DNA of 64,000 nucleotides from Bryobacterales bacterium (GTDB taxonomy: Bacteria > Acidobacteriota > Terriglobia > Bryobacterales > Bryobacteraceae). The stretch covers positions 11,282 through 75,281 of the forward strand of contig CAVVZG010000031.1 in NCBI GenBank assembly GCA_963752205.1, in the 5' to 3' direction. Under the pieces are notes generated by a model. That model did not search any database. It had not been told where the DNA came from and saw nothing but the letters and a program-made list of their open reading frames with translations. The position numbers and the translations under genes are program-made. Below are positions 8,055-20,220 of the stretch, in pieces (within the stretch, counting starts at the first letter, position 1; every line of letters starts with the position of its first letter).

Positions 8055-9188
8055 CTATTTTGCTCCTCCTGACGCCACCTTGGCGCGGTCCGGATGCAGC
8101 GTCACTTTTTGCACCCGCCAGTTGTTCATGTCGGCGATGAAGAGAGTGTTTTCCGCGGGGCACGCCATGCCGTGGATCCAGCTGAACTGGCCGACGTCGT
8201 GGCCGGATTCGCCGAACATGCCTAGAATCTTGCCATCGAGCGAAAGCTTGTAAACACGGCCCGGTTCGTTGTCGGAAGTGTAGAGATACTGCGTGGGGCC
8301 TTGCGTGATGCAAATGGTCCAGGGTGCGGTTTCGTCGGGCGGATTGGCCGGCGCGTTGCCCAGCACGGGATGCCGCGACTTGTCGTACTTCGCGTTCAAA
8401 ACAATAAAGCGCTGAAAGTTCCCGTCACGATCGAAGACCTGGATACGGCGGTTGCCGCGGTCCGCCACGTAGACGTTGTTCTGGCGGTCGATGCCAATGT
8501 TATGCGGGGTATTGAACATGCCGGGGTTCTCATTGGCGTGCACCCCGCCGCTGCCGCGTTCGCCCCAGGACTTGATCCAGTTGCCGTGCTTGTCGAACTT
8601 GGCAACGCGCGAATTGATGTAGCCGTCGCTGATATAAATGTTGTCGTCCGAGTCGAAGGCGACATCGGTGGGAGCGCGAAAGTATCCGTCTAGCTGTGGA
8701 AGCTCCGGAAACACGGATGTCGCTGCGCCTCCACGGCCCAGGCCGTTGCCTTTGTAGTAGTCGGGCTCGTCGGGGCCTTCGGGCCTGCGGCCCAGATTCA
8801 GCGTGACCATGCCGGCCGGATTGAAGCGCATGGCTGCGTGTGTACCTTTGTCAACCACCCATAGGTTGTCGTATTTATCGAAGCGGACACCGTGCCCATA
8901 ACCGAGTCCGTAAACGCCTTTGCCAAGTTCACGGATCAGTTTGCCGGTGGAGTCAAACTCTAGAAGCTGCGTCGTGGCGTTGCCGTAGAGCGGACCGGAT
9001 GTCGCGCTGCCCGGGTGATTCAGCACCACGATCGTGCCTTTGGAATTGACGGCGACGCCTAGCACTTCGCCCAGGTTCAACTGATAATTCAGCTTGAGAA
9101 AGTTGGGGTCGGGATCAAAAGGGATCGTCGGAACCGCTGTTTGGCCGAACGCCGGCAGAGCCAGGAGTAGAAGTGTTGCGAAACGCAT
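8055..9188 (-). CDS. NHL-repeat six-bladed beta-propeller protein, peptidyl-alpha-hydroxyglycine alpha-amidating lyase (PAL)-like.
   Basis: ORF 8055..9245. Start moved to M20 (ATG 9188, MRFATLLLLALPAFGQ signal). Blocks VLGVAVNSKGTIVVLNHPG, GHGVRFDKYDNLWVVDKGTHAAMRFNP, FRAPTDVAFDSDDNIYISDGYINSRVAKFDKHGNWIKSWGERG and MFNTPHNIGIDRQNNVYVADRGNRRIQVF parallel the PAL domain of animal PAM (recalled: PTDVAV...VSDGYCNSRIVQF..., VADRENGRIQCF). The stop is 1 nt from the start of the PHM-like gene. Confidence 0.8.
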   Translation of the reverse strand: MRFATLLLLALPAFGQTAVPTIPFDPDPNFLKLNYQLNLGEVLGVAVNSKGTIVVLNHPGSATSGPLYGNATTQLLEFDSTGKLIRELGKGVYGLGYGHGVRFDKYDNLWVVDKGTHAAMRFNPAGMVTLNLGRRPEGPDEPDYYKGNGLGRGGAATSVFPELPQLDGYFRAPTDVAFDSDDNIYISDGYINSRVAKFDKHGNWIKSWGERGSGGVHANENPGMFNTPHNIGIDRQNNVYVADRGNRRIQVFDRDGNFQRFIVLNAKYDKSRHPVLGNAPANPPDETAPWTICITQGPTQYLYTSDNEPGRVYKLSLDGKILGMFGESGHDVGQFSWIHGMACPAENTLFIADMNNWRVQKVTLHPDRAKVASGGAK

Positions 9189-9247
9189 GTGGGAAGCCTC
9201 TCTATGTGCCTCCCGCAGCTTAATCCCACGCGGCGGCGGTGTCAATC

Positions 9248-10606
9248 TTACTTGGGAGCGCCGGCGGCCATGTCGTTTCGGATCACTTTTCCGCCCTTCA
9301 TGACGAACTTGACGCGCTGCAACTCAGTGATATCGGCGAGGGGGTCGCCGGAGACCGCGACCAAGTCCGCGAACTTGCCCTTTTCAACGGATCCGATTTG
9401 ATCCTGCCATCCCAGCGCCTCGGCGTTGATGATGGTCCCGGATTGAATCGCGTGCGCCGGAGTCATGCCGGCCAACTTCACCAGCGCTTCGAATTCCAGA
9501 GCCTGCGTACCGTGGGCGAAGGTGGCACCGTCGGCACCGCTGCCGGCCATGACCTTGATGCCTTTGGTAGCGGCGGCCATGGTGGCGGCTTTCGTGAAAA
9601 TCGGGATGATGCGGTACTTGCCGCCGGTGTTCTTCTTGTCGTTATCGTCCATGTAGGGCTCGGTGTAGCGGACGATGGTGGGGTCGTAGTACAGGCCTTT
9701 GGCGATCATCATGTTCACTTGTTCCTGATCGAGGCCGAAGCCGTGCTCAATGGTGTCGCAACCGGCGATGATGGCGTTCCTTTGGCCCTCGCCGCCGTAG
9801 ACGTGGCAACCGCTCTTCTTGCCCAGGCGATGGGTTTCGTCGATCAGGGCTTGGACGACGGGCAGCGGATAGGTGACTTCATATTGATCTTTGCCGGTCG
9901 GGCTGAACGAGTAGGCGCCTGCTGGATACAGCTTGATCCAATCGGCGCCGTGGGCGATCTCTTCACGTACGGCGGCGCGCGCTTCTTCCACCGTGTGAAC
10001 CGCGATGGGGTTGAGCGGGTTGACGGGAACAGCGGGGTCAAGAGGGTTGGCGCTCCACACGATCCCGCGCGTCGACACCTGGTAGCGCGGGCCGTCGATG
10101 CGTCCTTGATTAATGGCGTCGCGGACAGCGACGTCGCCGTAGCCATTGCCGTGCGAGGTCATATCGCGTGCCGCTGTGAAGCCCGCGCGCAGGTTGTTCT
10201 GCACGTTTTGAACGGCGATCAGCATGTAGTCTTCGGTGGTGCCGTTGGGCTTGCGCTGATTGAACATGTGGGTGTGGGCGTCTATCAAGCCCGGCAGAAC
10301 GGTGGCTTGGCTGAGGTCGATCACCTCGAAGCCGGCGGGAATTTTCACTTGGGATGCCGGGCCTACTTCGGTAATGCGGTCGCCGGCGATGAGCACCACT
10401 TGTTTCGTCAACATCTGGCCGGCCTTGCTGTCGAACAGGCGGCCGGCGCGGACGGCGTACGAGCGGGCAGCGGGAGGGCACTGGAAGATGCCGCCGTCGG
10501 AGCCGACGCAGGGCGGCATACCTGCTCCGCGCCACGGAGCCGGAGGCGGTTGCGGCTGTGCCCACAGCGCGGCCGCACCTAATAAGATTCCGAGAACTAA
10601 TTTCAT
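9248..10606 (-). CDS. Secreted metal-dependent amidohydrolase (prolidase / imidazolonepropionase-like superfamily).
   Basis: 452-aa ORF with signal MKLVLGILLGAAALWAQ. Motifs VLPGLIDAHTHM, SGCHVYG, CDTIEHG. ATGA start/stop overlap with pabB at 10603-10606. The antisense ORF 9239..10582 is judged spurious. Confidence 0.85.
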   Translation of the reverse strand: MKLVLGILLGAAALWAQPQPPPAPWRGAGMPPCVGSDGGIFQCPPAARSYAVRAGRLFDSKAGQMLTKQVVLIAGDRITEVGPASQVKIPAGFEVIDLSQATVLPGLIDAHTHMFNQRKPNGTTEDYMLIAVQNVQNNLRAGFTAARDMTSHGNGYGDVAVRDAINQGRIDGPRYQVSTRGIVWSANPLDPAVPVNPLNPIAVHTVEEARAAVREEIAHGADWIKLYPAGAYSFSPTGKDQYEVTYPLPVVQALIDETHRLGKKSGCHVYGGEGQRNAIIAGCDTIEHGFGLDQEQVNMMIAKGLYYDPTIVRYTEPYMDDNDKKNTGGKYRIIPIFTKAATMAAATKGIKVMAGSGADGATFAHGTQALEFEALVKLAGMTPAHAIQSGTIINAEALGWQDQIGSVEKGKFADLVAVSGDPLADITELQRVKFVMKGGKVIRNDMAAGAPK

Positions 10607-11900
10607 CGTTTGATCTCCTCTAACGCCCGCACGAAGGCGGCGGCTTTGTGGCTGCTCTCCAAGAACTCAGTATGGGGATCGGAGTCAGCCGTGATACCGC
10701 ACCCGGCATAGTATCGCACTTGGCCGTCTGCCGTGAAAGCCGTGCGGATGGCGACGGACAGCTCCATGTTCCCGTCCATCGAAATCCAACCGATGGCGCC
10801 CATGCAGGGGCCGCGCAGTTGGCCTTCTTCGCGCATGGCGGCGCGGATGGCTTCAATCTTGGGCGCACCTGTGATGGATGCTGCGGGAAACGCGGCCCTG
10901 AGTAAATCGACCAATCCGCCGCGAAGGCGTCCCCTAACCGTCGAATACAAATGATGGACGGTCGGGAGTGTCATCAGCGCGGCGTGCTGGATGACTTCCA
11001 CTGATCCGGTTTCGCACACTCTGCCGAGATCGTTGCGTACTACGTCTACGATCATGGCGAGTTCTGCGCGATCTTTTTCGCTGGTGAGGAGTTCGGCTGA
11101 CAGCGCCTGATCTTCGGCGGCGTCGTGAGCGCGCGGGCGTGTTCCCTTGATCGGCGACGACTCAACATTTCCCGCGTCCACCTTCAGGAACAATTCGGGA
11201 CTGATAGAAAGGATCGCCCGCTGGTCGTCTATTTGAATGTAGGACTCGTATTGCGCGGGGCTGATCGCACGCATTCGTTGGTAGAGGTCCCAAGCCAGCG
11301 CTGGGTCCAGATCGGTTTCGAGGCGGCGGCAGAGGTTGGTCTGGAAGATATCGCCGGCGCGGATGGTGGCCACGATTCGTTCGACCGACGCTTCAAAGGC
11401 TGCGCGATCTGGGCGGCTGCGGAGCGCCGGTGGAGTTCGCCAAGCGGTAGTTGCCGAGTGATGCCATTGATGATTCTCCAGGGTTAAGGCGGAATCGTAT
11501 AGGGCCGAAGTAGAACTGCGGAAAAGTGAAGTCCGGCCGGGGGATAGGTCCCAGGTCCTCGATTTCGGTGGCGAGGTCGTAGGAGAGAAATCCGGCGAGA
11601 ATGGCCTCTGAATGGCCGCGCCAAGCTTCGAGCATGGCTTCTAATACATCGAAGGCGGGGGCCGAGAGTTCGACCGTTCCCGCGTCGCTGGTGATCACGG
11701 CAGATCCGTTGGAGTAGGTTACCGTCGCCAGGGGGTTGTTCAACAGGAGGGGCTTTGTCCCAGTCACGTATGCGAAACCCGGTACAGGGTGCAACGATTC
11801 GTCAATTTGATCGGTACTTGCTCTGCGGCGGAGGCTTGGAGGGCGGAGTACGGAATGCAGCTTCGCCACCAGCGCGTGTAACCGCTCCGGTGGGGTTCGA

Positions 11901-11911
<11 letters not shown>
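10603..11911 (-). CDS. pabB: Aminodeoxychorismate synthase component I (PabB-like chorismate-binding enzyme). The reading frame is interrupted by a 1-nt indel near 11492-11496.
   Basis: ORF 11393..11911 carries the N-terminal part (FLSYDLATEIEDLGPIPRPDFTFPQFYFG). Shifting one frame at the GGCCC run continues LYDSALTLENHQWHHSATTAWRTPPALRSRPDRAAFEASVERIVATIRAGDIFQ into ORF 10603..11373 (SPELFL, GTRPR, MIVDVVRNDLGRV, FPAASITGAPK, GAIGW). Confidence 0.75.
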
Positions 11912-15690
<3,779 letters not shown>

Positions 15691-15748
15691 CCGATACCTA
15701 ACACAACGGACGCTGAACCGATCTTTATGATTCCTTTGGCATTTCTTT

Positions 15749-16747
15749 ATGCCTTCTTCAGGCCTGCCAGCCTATGCTCTAACTGGGGGACTTGCCATGC
15801 CATCAGCCCAGCCGGGAAGCCAGTTCGATCACTACGCCGTCAAGGAAGTCATCGCGCGTAGCAACACATCCTCGATTCTGCGGGCCACCGACCTGCGCAG
15901 CGGCCAAGACATCGCCCTCAAAATGCCGCACCCGGAAGTGGAAGGCGACCTTCTCTTCTACCAGCGTTTTTTGCGGGAACGCGAGATTTGCGAAAGCCTG
16001 GATCATCCCGCGGTGGTGAAGGCATTTCCCGCAGGCAAGCGGAGCCGAATGTATATTGCGATGGAGGTCGCGCCGGGACAAAGGCTCCGTCAGGTTCTGA
16101 GCGATCGCGGCAAACTTCCTGCCCGGCAGGCCGTGAAGATCGCGGTGGCCGTCTGCGAAGCGCTGGACTACATTCACTCCCAAGGCGTGGTGCATCGCGA
16201 TCTGAAACCGGAGAACATCATGATCGACGGCGAAGACCGCATCAAATTGATCGACTTCGGCATCGCCAGCCGCAGCGGCGCCCGCCGGTTGACGTTCGGC
16301 AAGCTGTCGAACGTGATGGGCACCCCGGATTACATAGCTCCCGAGCAAGTGAAGGGCAAACGCGGCGACGCGCAAACCGACGTCTACGCACTGGGCATAA
16401 TCCTTTATGAAATGCTCACCGGCGAGACGCCGTTTCCCGGAAACGATCCGTTCGTTGTTATGAACGACCGGCTAGTGAAGAATCCGCTCCCACCCCGCGA
16501 GATTGACCCGAGCATCACCCTTGAACTACAGGAAATTCTCTACCGGGCCTTGGAAAAAGACCCGAAAAACCGCTACGCGAGCGCCCGGGAGTTTGCGGAC
16601 GAACTACTCCATCCAGACGGCGTGCAAATTTCTGATCGCGGGCGCAACCGCGATCGGCGTACCAACCCTGCGCTCTTCTTTGGCGTACTGGCGGCGATCC
16701 CAATAGCCATTCTCGGGCTCGTGCTCTTCGTCACACGCCACGGATAG
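15749..16747 (+). CDS. Hanks-type serine/threonine protein kinase with a C-terminal membrane anchor.
   Basis: VALK-type Lys (IALKM), HRDLKPENIM, DFGIA, GTPDYIAPE. C-terminal TM LFFGVLAAIPIAILGLVLFV. The start may be the internal M17 (15797). Confidence 0.85.
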   Translation: MPSSGLPAYALTGGLAMPSAQPGSQFDHYAVKEVIARSNTSSILRATDLRSGQDIALKMPHPEVEGDLLFYQRFLREREICESLDHPAVVKAFPAGKRSRMYIAMEVAPGQRLRQVLSDRGKLPARQAVKIAVAVCEALDYIHSQGVVHRDLKPENIMIDGEDRIKLIDFGIASRSGARRLTFGKLSNVMGTPDYIAPEQVKGKRGDAQTDVYALGIILYEMLTGETPFPGNDPFVVMNDRLVKNPLPPREIDPSITLELQEILYRALEKDPKNRYASAREFADELLHPDGVQISDRGRNRDRRTNPALFFGVLAAIPIAILGLVLFVTRHG

Positions 16748-16761
16748 AGCAACTCAGGCAA

Positions 16762-16806
16762 TTTGAACGGCCGACCCCCCTTCGCCCAAGGCAGTTTCCG
16801 GCAATT
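16762..16806 (-). repeat. Degraded copy of the tRNA-Pro 3' region (T-loop to anticodon) plus a shared non-tRNA flank.
   Basis: 16762-16793 tttgaacggccgaccccccttcgcccaaggcag vs 37162-37193 ttcgaacgcccgaccccctgcgcccaaggcag (about 29/33). The next 13 nt, tttccggcaattc, resemble the flank of the 29.8-kb copy (tttccgcgattc), not the tRNA. Confidence 0.6.
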
Positions 16807-17006
16807 CGTTATACAGGAATGTTTCTGAGTCGATTGAAAGATTTGATTGGACCCAGGCTTGGGTTGCAGCTAGACTTTAATCTCTAAAGTGTTACACTCG
16901 TCCGCCCCTGCCCGGTCTGCGGGAGCTTCCAACCCAGGTAGTTGAAATCGTTTTCGACGGTATGTTTCCGTCCAGGTTCCCGCAACCCATTGATCCCCAA
17001 AACACT

Positions 17007-18044
17007 ATGACAAAATACAAACTCGAATACATCTGGCTTGACGGAAAACAACCGGTTCCCGAGCTACGCGGGAAGACCCTGCTCAAACAATTTGAGAAAC
17101 CACCGACGCTGGCCGACCTGCCCAATTGGGGGTTTGACGGCAGTTCCACGATGCAGGCGGAAGGCAAGAGCTCCGATTGCGTGCTGAAGCCGGTGGCTCT
17201 CTATCCGGATGGAAGCCGCAAGGACGGTTATATCGTTCTGAGCGAAGTGATGCACCCGGATGGGACCCCGCATTCCACCAACATGCGCGCGACCATCGAG
17301 AACGACCCTGACCTGTGGGTTGGACTGGAGCAGGAATACTTCCTGTATCAAGACGGGCGTCCGCTGGGTTTCCCGGAAGACGGCTACCCCACCACTCCGC
17401 AAGGGCCCTATTATTGCGGTGTCGGCTACAAATACATGGGCAACCTGGCCCGTACGATCGTCGAAGAACACTTGGAGCTGTGTCTCGCCGCCGGTATCAA
17501 CCATGAAGGCATCAACGCCGAAGTGGCGAAAGGCCAGTGGGAATTCCAGATCTTCGCCAAAGGCTCGGCCAAGGCGGCCGATGACGTGTGGACGGCGCGC
17601 TATTTGATGATGCGTCTTTGTGAGAAGTACGAAGTAGATGTGCAATTGCACTGCAAGCCGATCAAGGGCGACTGGAACGGATCGGGCATGCACTGCAACT
17701 TCTCGACGAAATACCTGCGCGAAGTGGGTGGCAAGGAATACTTTGAAGCCCTCATGAAGGCGTTTTCCGACAACGTCGCCGCGCACATCGCTGTGTATGG
17801 CCCGGATAACCATCTGCGTTTGACCGGTCTGCACGAAACGCAGGCCATTGACAAGTTCAGCTATGGCCTTTCCGATCGCGGCGCTTCCATCCGCATGCCT
17901 GTGAACTTCATCAAGAACGGTTACAAGGGCTATCTGGAAGATCGCCGCCCGAACTCCGAAGGCGATCCCTACCAGATCGTCTCGCGCGTTCTGAAGACGA
18001 TCAATAGCGTTCCCAAGCCTGCTATGGCCGCTAGCGGGGTTTAG
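17007..18044 (+). CDS. glnII: Glutamine synthetase type II (eukaryote-like GSII).
   Basis: ORF 16962..18044. Start moved to ATG 17007 (MTKYKLEYIWLDG). Motifs GFDGSST, LEQEYFL, NAEVAKGQWEFQ, NGSGMHCNFS, GASIRMP. Confidence 0.9.
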   Translation: MTKYKLEYIWLDGKQPVPELRGKTLLKQFEKPPTLADLPNWGFDGSSTMQAEGKSSDCVLKPVALYPDGSRKDGYIVLSEVMHPDGTPHSTNMRATIENDPDLWVGLEQEYFLYQDGRPLGFPEDGYPTTPQGPYYCGVGYKYMGNLARTIVEEHLELCLAAGINHEGINAEVAKGQWEFQIFAKGSAKAADDVWTARYLMMRLCEKYEVDVQLHCKPIKGDWNGSGMHCNFSTKYLREVGGKEYFEALMKAFSDNVAAHIAVYGPDNHLRLTGLHETQAIDKFSYGLSDRGASIRMPVNFIKNGYKGYLEDRRPNSEGDPYQIVSRVLKTINSVPKPAMAASGV

Positions 18045-18091
18045 AACGGGAATAGTTTCTCAGCAATCGGGCCCAAAAAAGGGGAGGTGTT

Positions 18092-19281
18092 ATGCAGCTT
18101 ACAGAAACGGGACTTCCTTCCGAAGTAGAGTCTGAAAAGACTCAGGATAGTTTAGCGACGATCACATCCGGCGAACCCGAGATAAAAGATGAAACCGCCT
18201 TTCTCGAAGAGCCGGAAACTAGCTTTCAGACTGCCATACCGCTGGAAAGAATAGTCCCAAAGCAGGAAAAGAAAAAGCTCAAAGCCCTTCCTGAGAAAAA
18301 GAACCTAAAAAACAAATTGAAGGAGAAGAAAAGCTCCACCAAAGTGCTGGCGGGAGCGTTCCCCATGGTCGCGCTGATTGACGAACAGGTGCGAACCAGC
18401 ATTCCCGAAGAACTGGTTGCCAGGGTAAAGGCGGCAAAGAGCAAGAAACACATCATCAGCTCCAACTATCCCTATACGAAAGCAGATGAAGGAGTCGGAC
18501 GTATCTGGAAGAGATCGAACTGCTGCAAATTGAACTGGTCAAGATGCAGGCTTGGGTCAAGGAAGTTGGCGAGCGCGTCGTGCTGATCTTTGAAGGGCGC
18601 GATGCCGCGGGCAAGGGAGGAACGATCCAGCGGTTCACGGAAAACCTCAATCCTCGCGGCGCCAAGGTCGTGGCGCTCGCCAAACCCTCGGACACCGAGC
18701 GGGGCCAGTGGTATTTCCAGCGTTACATCGAAAAACTTCCCACCAAAGGTGAAATCGTCTTCTTTGACCGATCCTGGTACAACCGCGGCGGCGTCGAACA
18801 TGTGATGGGATTTTGCACCCCGCACGAATATCTGGAATTCATGCGCCAGACGCCGGAATTTGAGCGGATGATGGTGCGCAGCGGGATTCGATTCTATAAA
18901 TTCTGGTTTTCCGTCAGCCGGGAGGAACAGCTCCGGCGGTTTCTTGGCCGGGCGCAAGATCCCCTCAAGCAATGGAAACTCAGCCCGATGGATGTGGAAT
19001 CCCTGGGCCGGTGGGAATCCTATACCAAGGCCAAGGAAGCCATGCTTTTCTACACCGACACCGCGGATGCGCCGTGGACGATTGTGCGCTCCGACGACAA
19101 GAATCGCGCTCGCCTCAACGCGATAAAGCATATCCTGCACACCATTCCCTACGCGGGCAAGGACACGGATATCGTCAGTGCCCCAGATCCGCACATCATC
19201 GGGTCGGCCAAGGCGATTTACGAACACGGCGAAAATTCCCATTCGCACGCCGTTGCGCATCATGTTGCTAGCTCATCCTAA
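18092..19281 (+). CDS. ppk2: Polyphosphate kinase 2 (class I PPK2) with a long Lys/Glu-rich N-terminal extension. Frame break between 18476 and 18508.
   Basis: ORF 18544..19281 is the PPK2 domain (FEGRDAAGKGG, NPRG, ERGQWYFQRY, FDRSWYNR, WKLSPMD, APW..V.SDDKNRARLN). ORF 18092..18586 (GGGGAGG RBS before its ATG) ends in SNYPYTK, a motif that precedes the PPK2 core in S. meliloti-type enzymes as recalled. The core's YLEEIELLQIELVKMQAWV continues in another frame. Confidence 0.75.
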
Positions 19282-19665
19282 GCCAGACTTTTGGCCGGAT
19301 ATCTCGACCCGAATCGATGTGACTCTGTCAGGGGGTAGAACGGACGTTCGAGAAACTGGGGGAATCTGATCTGTGGCGGAAAACAAACCTAAAATCCAAG
19401 CGACGTTAGGCTTAACCGGCCTGACCATGAACCAAGTTCTCGCGTTTCATTCGCCCACTATTGAATCGAAAGAGCCGGGTGCCTTGAAAATCGCCGTCCA
19501 AAAGGGCGGGATTCGCTCTGACGGAGAACGTTCTTTCCCGCTGCCGGTCGAAACCGGGCGGGGGCAGGGCGCGTAACCGCCTTCTTTCCCTGCGGGGAGA
19601 ACCCTCGAGTTCCTCACTTTTGCAAACGGAAACGTGGGGCTGCTCTGTTCCAGAGCAGGGCCTAA

Positions 19666-20166
19666 CTAGTCGCCCGCCCCAACCATCGGAGCTAGCGTGG
19701 GCACTTCGACGTCCTTGAACACGGCTGTGCTATCGGATGCTTCCGGCATAACCGGGAACTTGAACCCGCACTTTGGACAAGGCTCCGCCAGCGCTTGCTG
19801 CTCTTGGTGAAGGTCGTAGGGCTTGTCTGTGATTAGGGCGCAACAGGGACACACTCGGATCAGCCGGGTATTCTTCAGTTCGAAGTTGGTGATGATATCC
19901 TCCATGATGGCGCCGCTGCGAACGGCCCACTCCTTGGCTTGCTTGTGGTAGGTGTTCATGTGCCAATCTTTGAGGGCTTCAAAGCCGGTCCAGAGGCTGA
20001 TCTCGTTGTACCAGGTGGGATCCTTGGGATGGACCCACCAAGTGAGGTGCAAGAACCCAGGCAGCGTCTTTAGCTGATTGCGCGTTTCTCCAAACAGCAA
20101 CTTAAATTTCTCGTAGCCGTCGGGGCTCGAGAACCGCACTCTTTGCATGCTTTGATAAATGGCCAT
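19666..20166 (-). CDS. ABM (antibiotic biosynthesis monooxygenase)-like domain protein with a C-terminal CxxC..CxxC zinc ribbon.
   Basis: ORF 19666..20211. Start moved to M16 (ATG 20166) behind GGAGAAGGAGA. Ferredoxin-like ABM pattern (FLHLTWWVH...ISLWTGFEALKDW). C-terminal CPCC...CPKC. Confidence 0.55.
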   Translation of the reverse strand: MAIYQSMQRVRFSSPDGYEKFKLLFGETRNQLKTLPGFLHLTWWVHPKDPTWYNEISLWTGFEALKDWHMNTYHKQAKEWAVRSGAIMEDIITNFELKNTRLIRVCPCCALITDKPYDLHQEQQALAEPCPKCGFKFPVMPEASDSTAVFKDVEVPTLAPMVGAGD

Positions 20167-20220
20167 CTGATCTCCTTCTCCGTCAAAGAAAATAGTAATC
20201 TCACCTAGCACTAAATACGT

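Noticed and set aside
9239-10582. 447-aa plus-strand ORF.
   Set aside because: It is fully antisense to the amidohydrolase gene, which has clear family motifs and a signal peptide. Its translation is Gly/Ala/Val/Asp-rich with no motifs, as expected for the mirror frame of a GC-rich gene. The same reasoning rejects 14044..15033(-), 17064..17834(-), 18472..19263(-), 20947..22059(+), 35581..36690(+), 38742..39650(-), 40311..41066(-), 51248..51910(-), 58640..59551(+) and 59473..60249(+).
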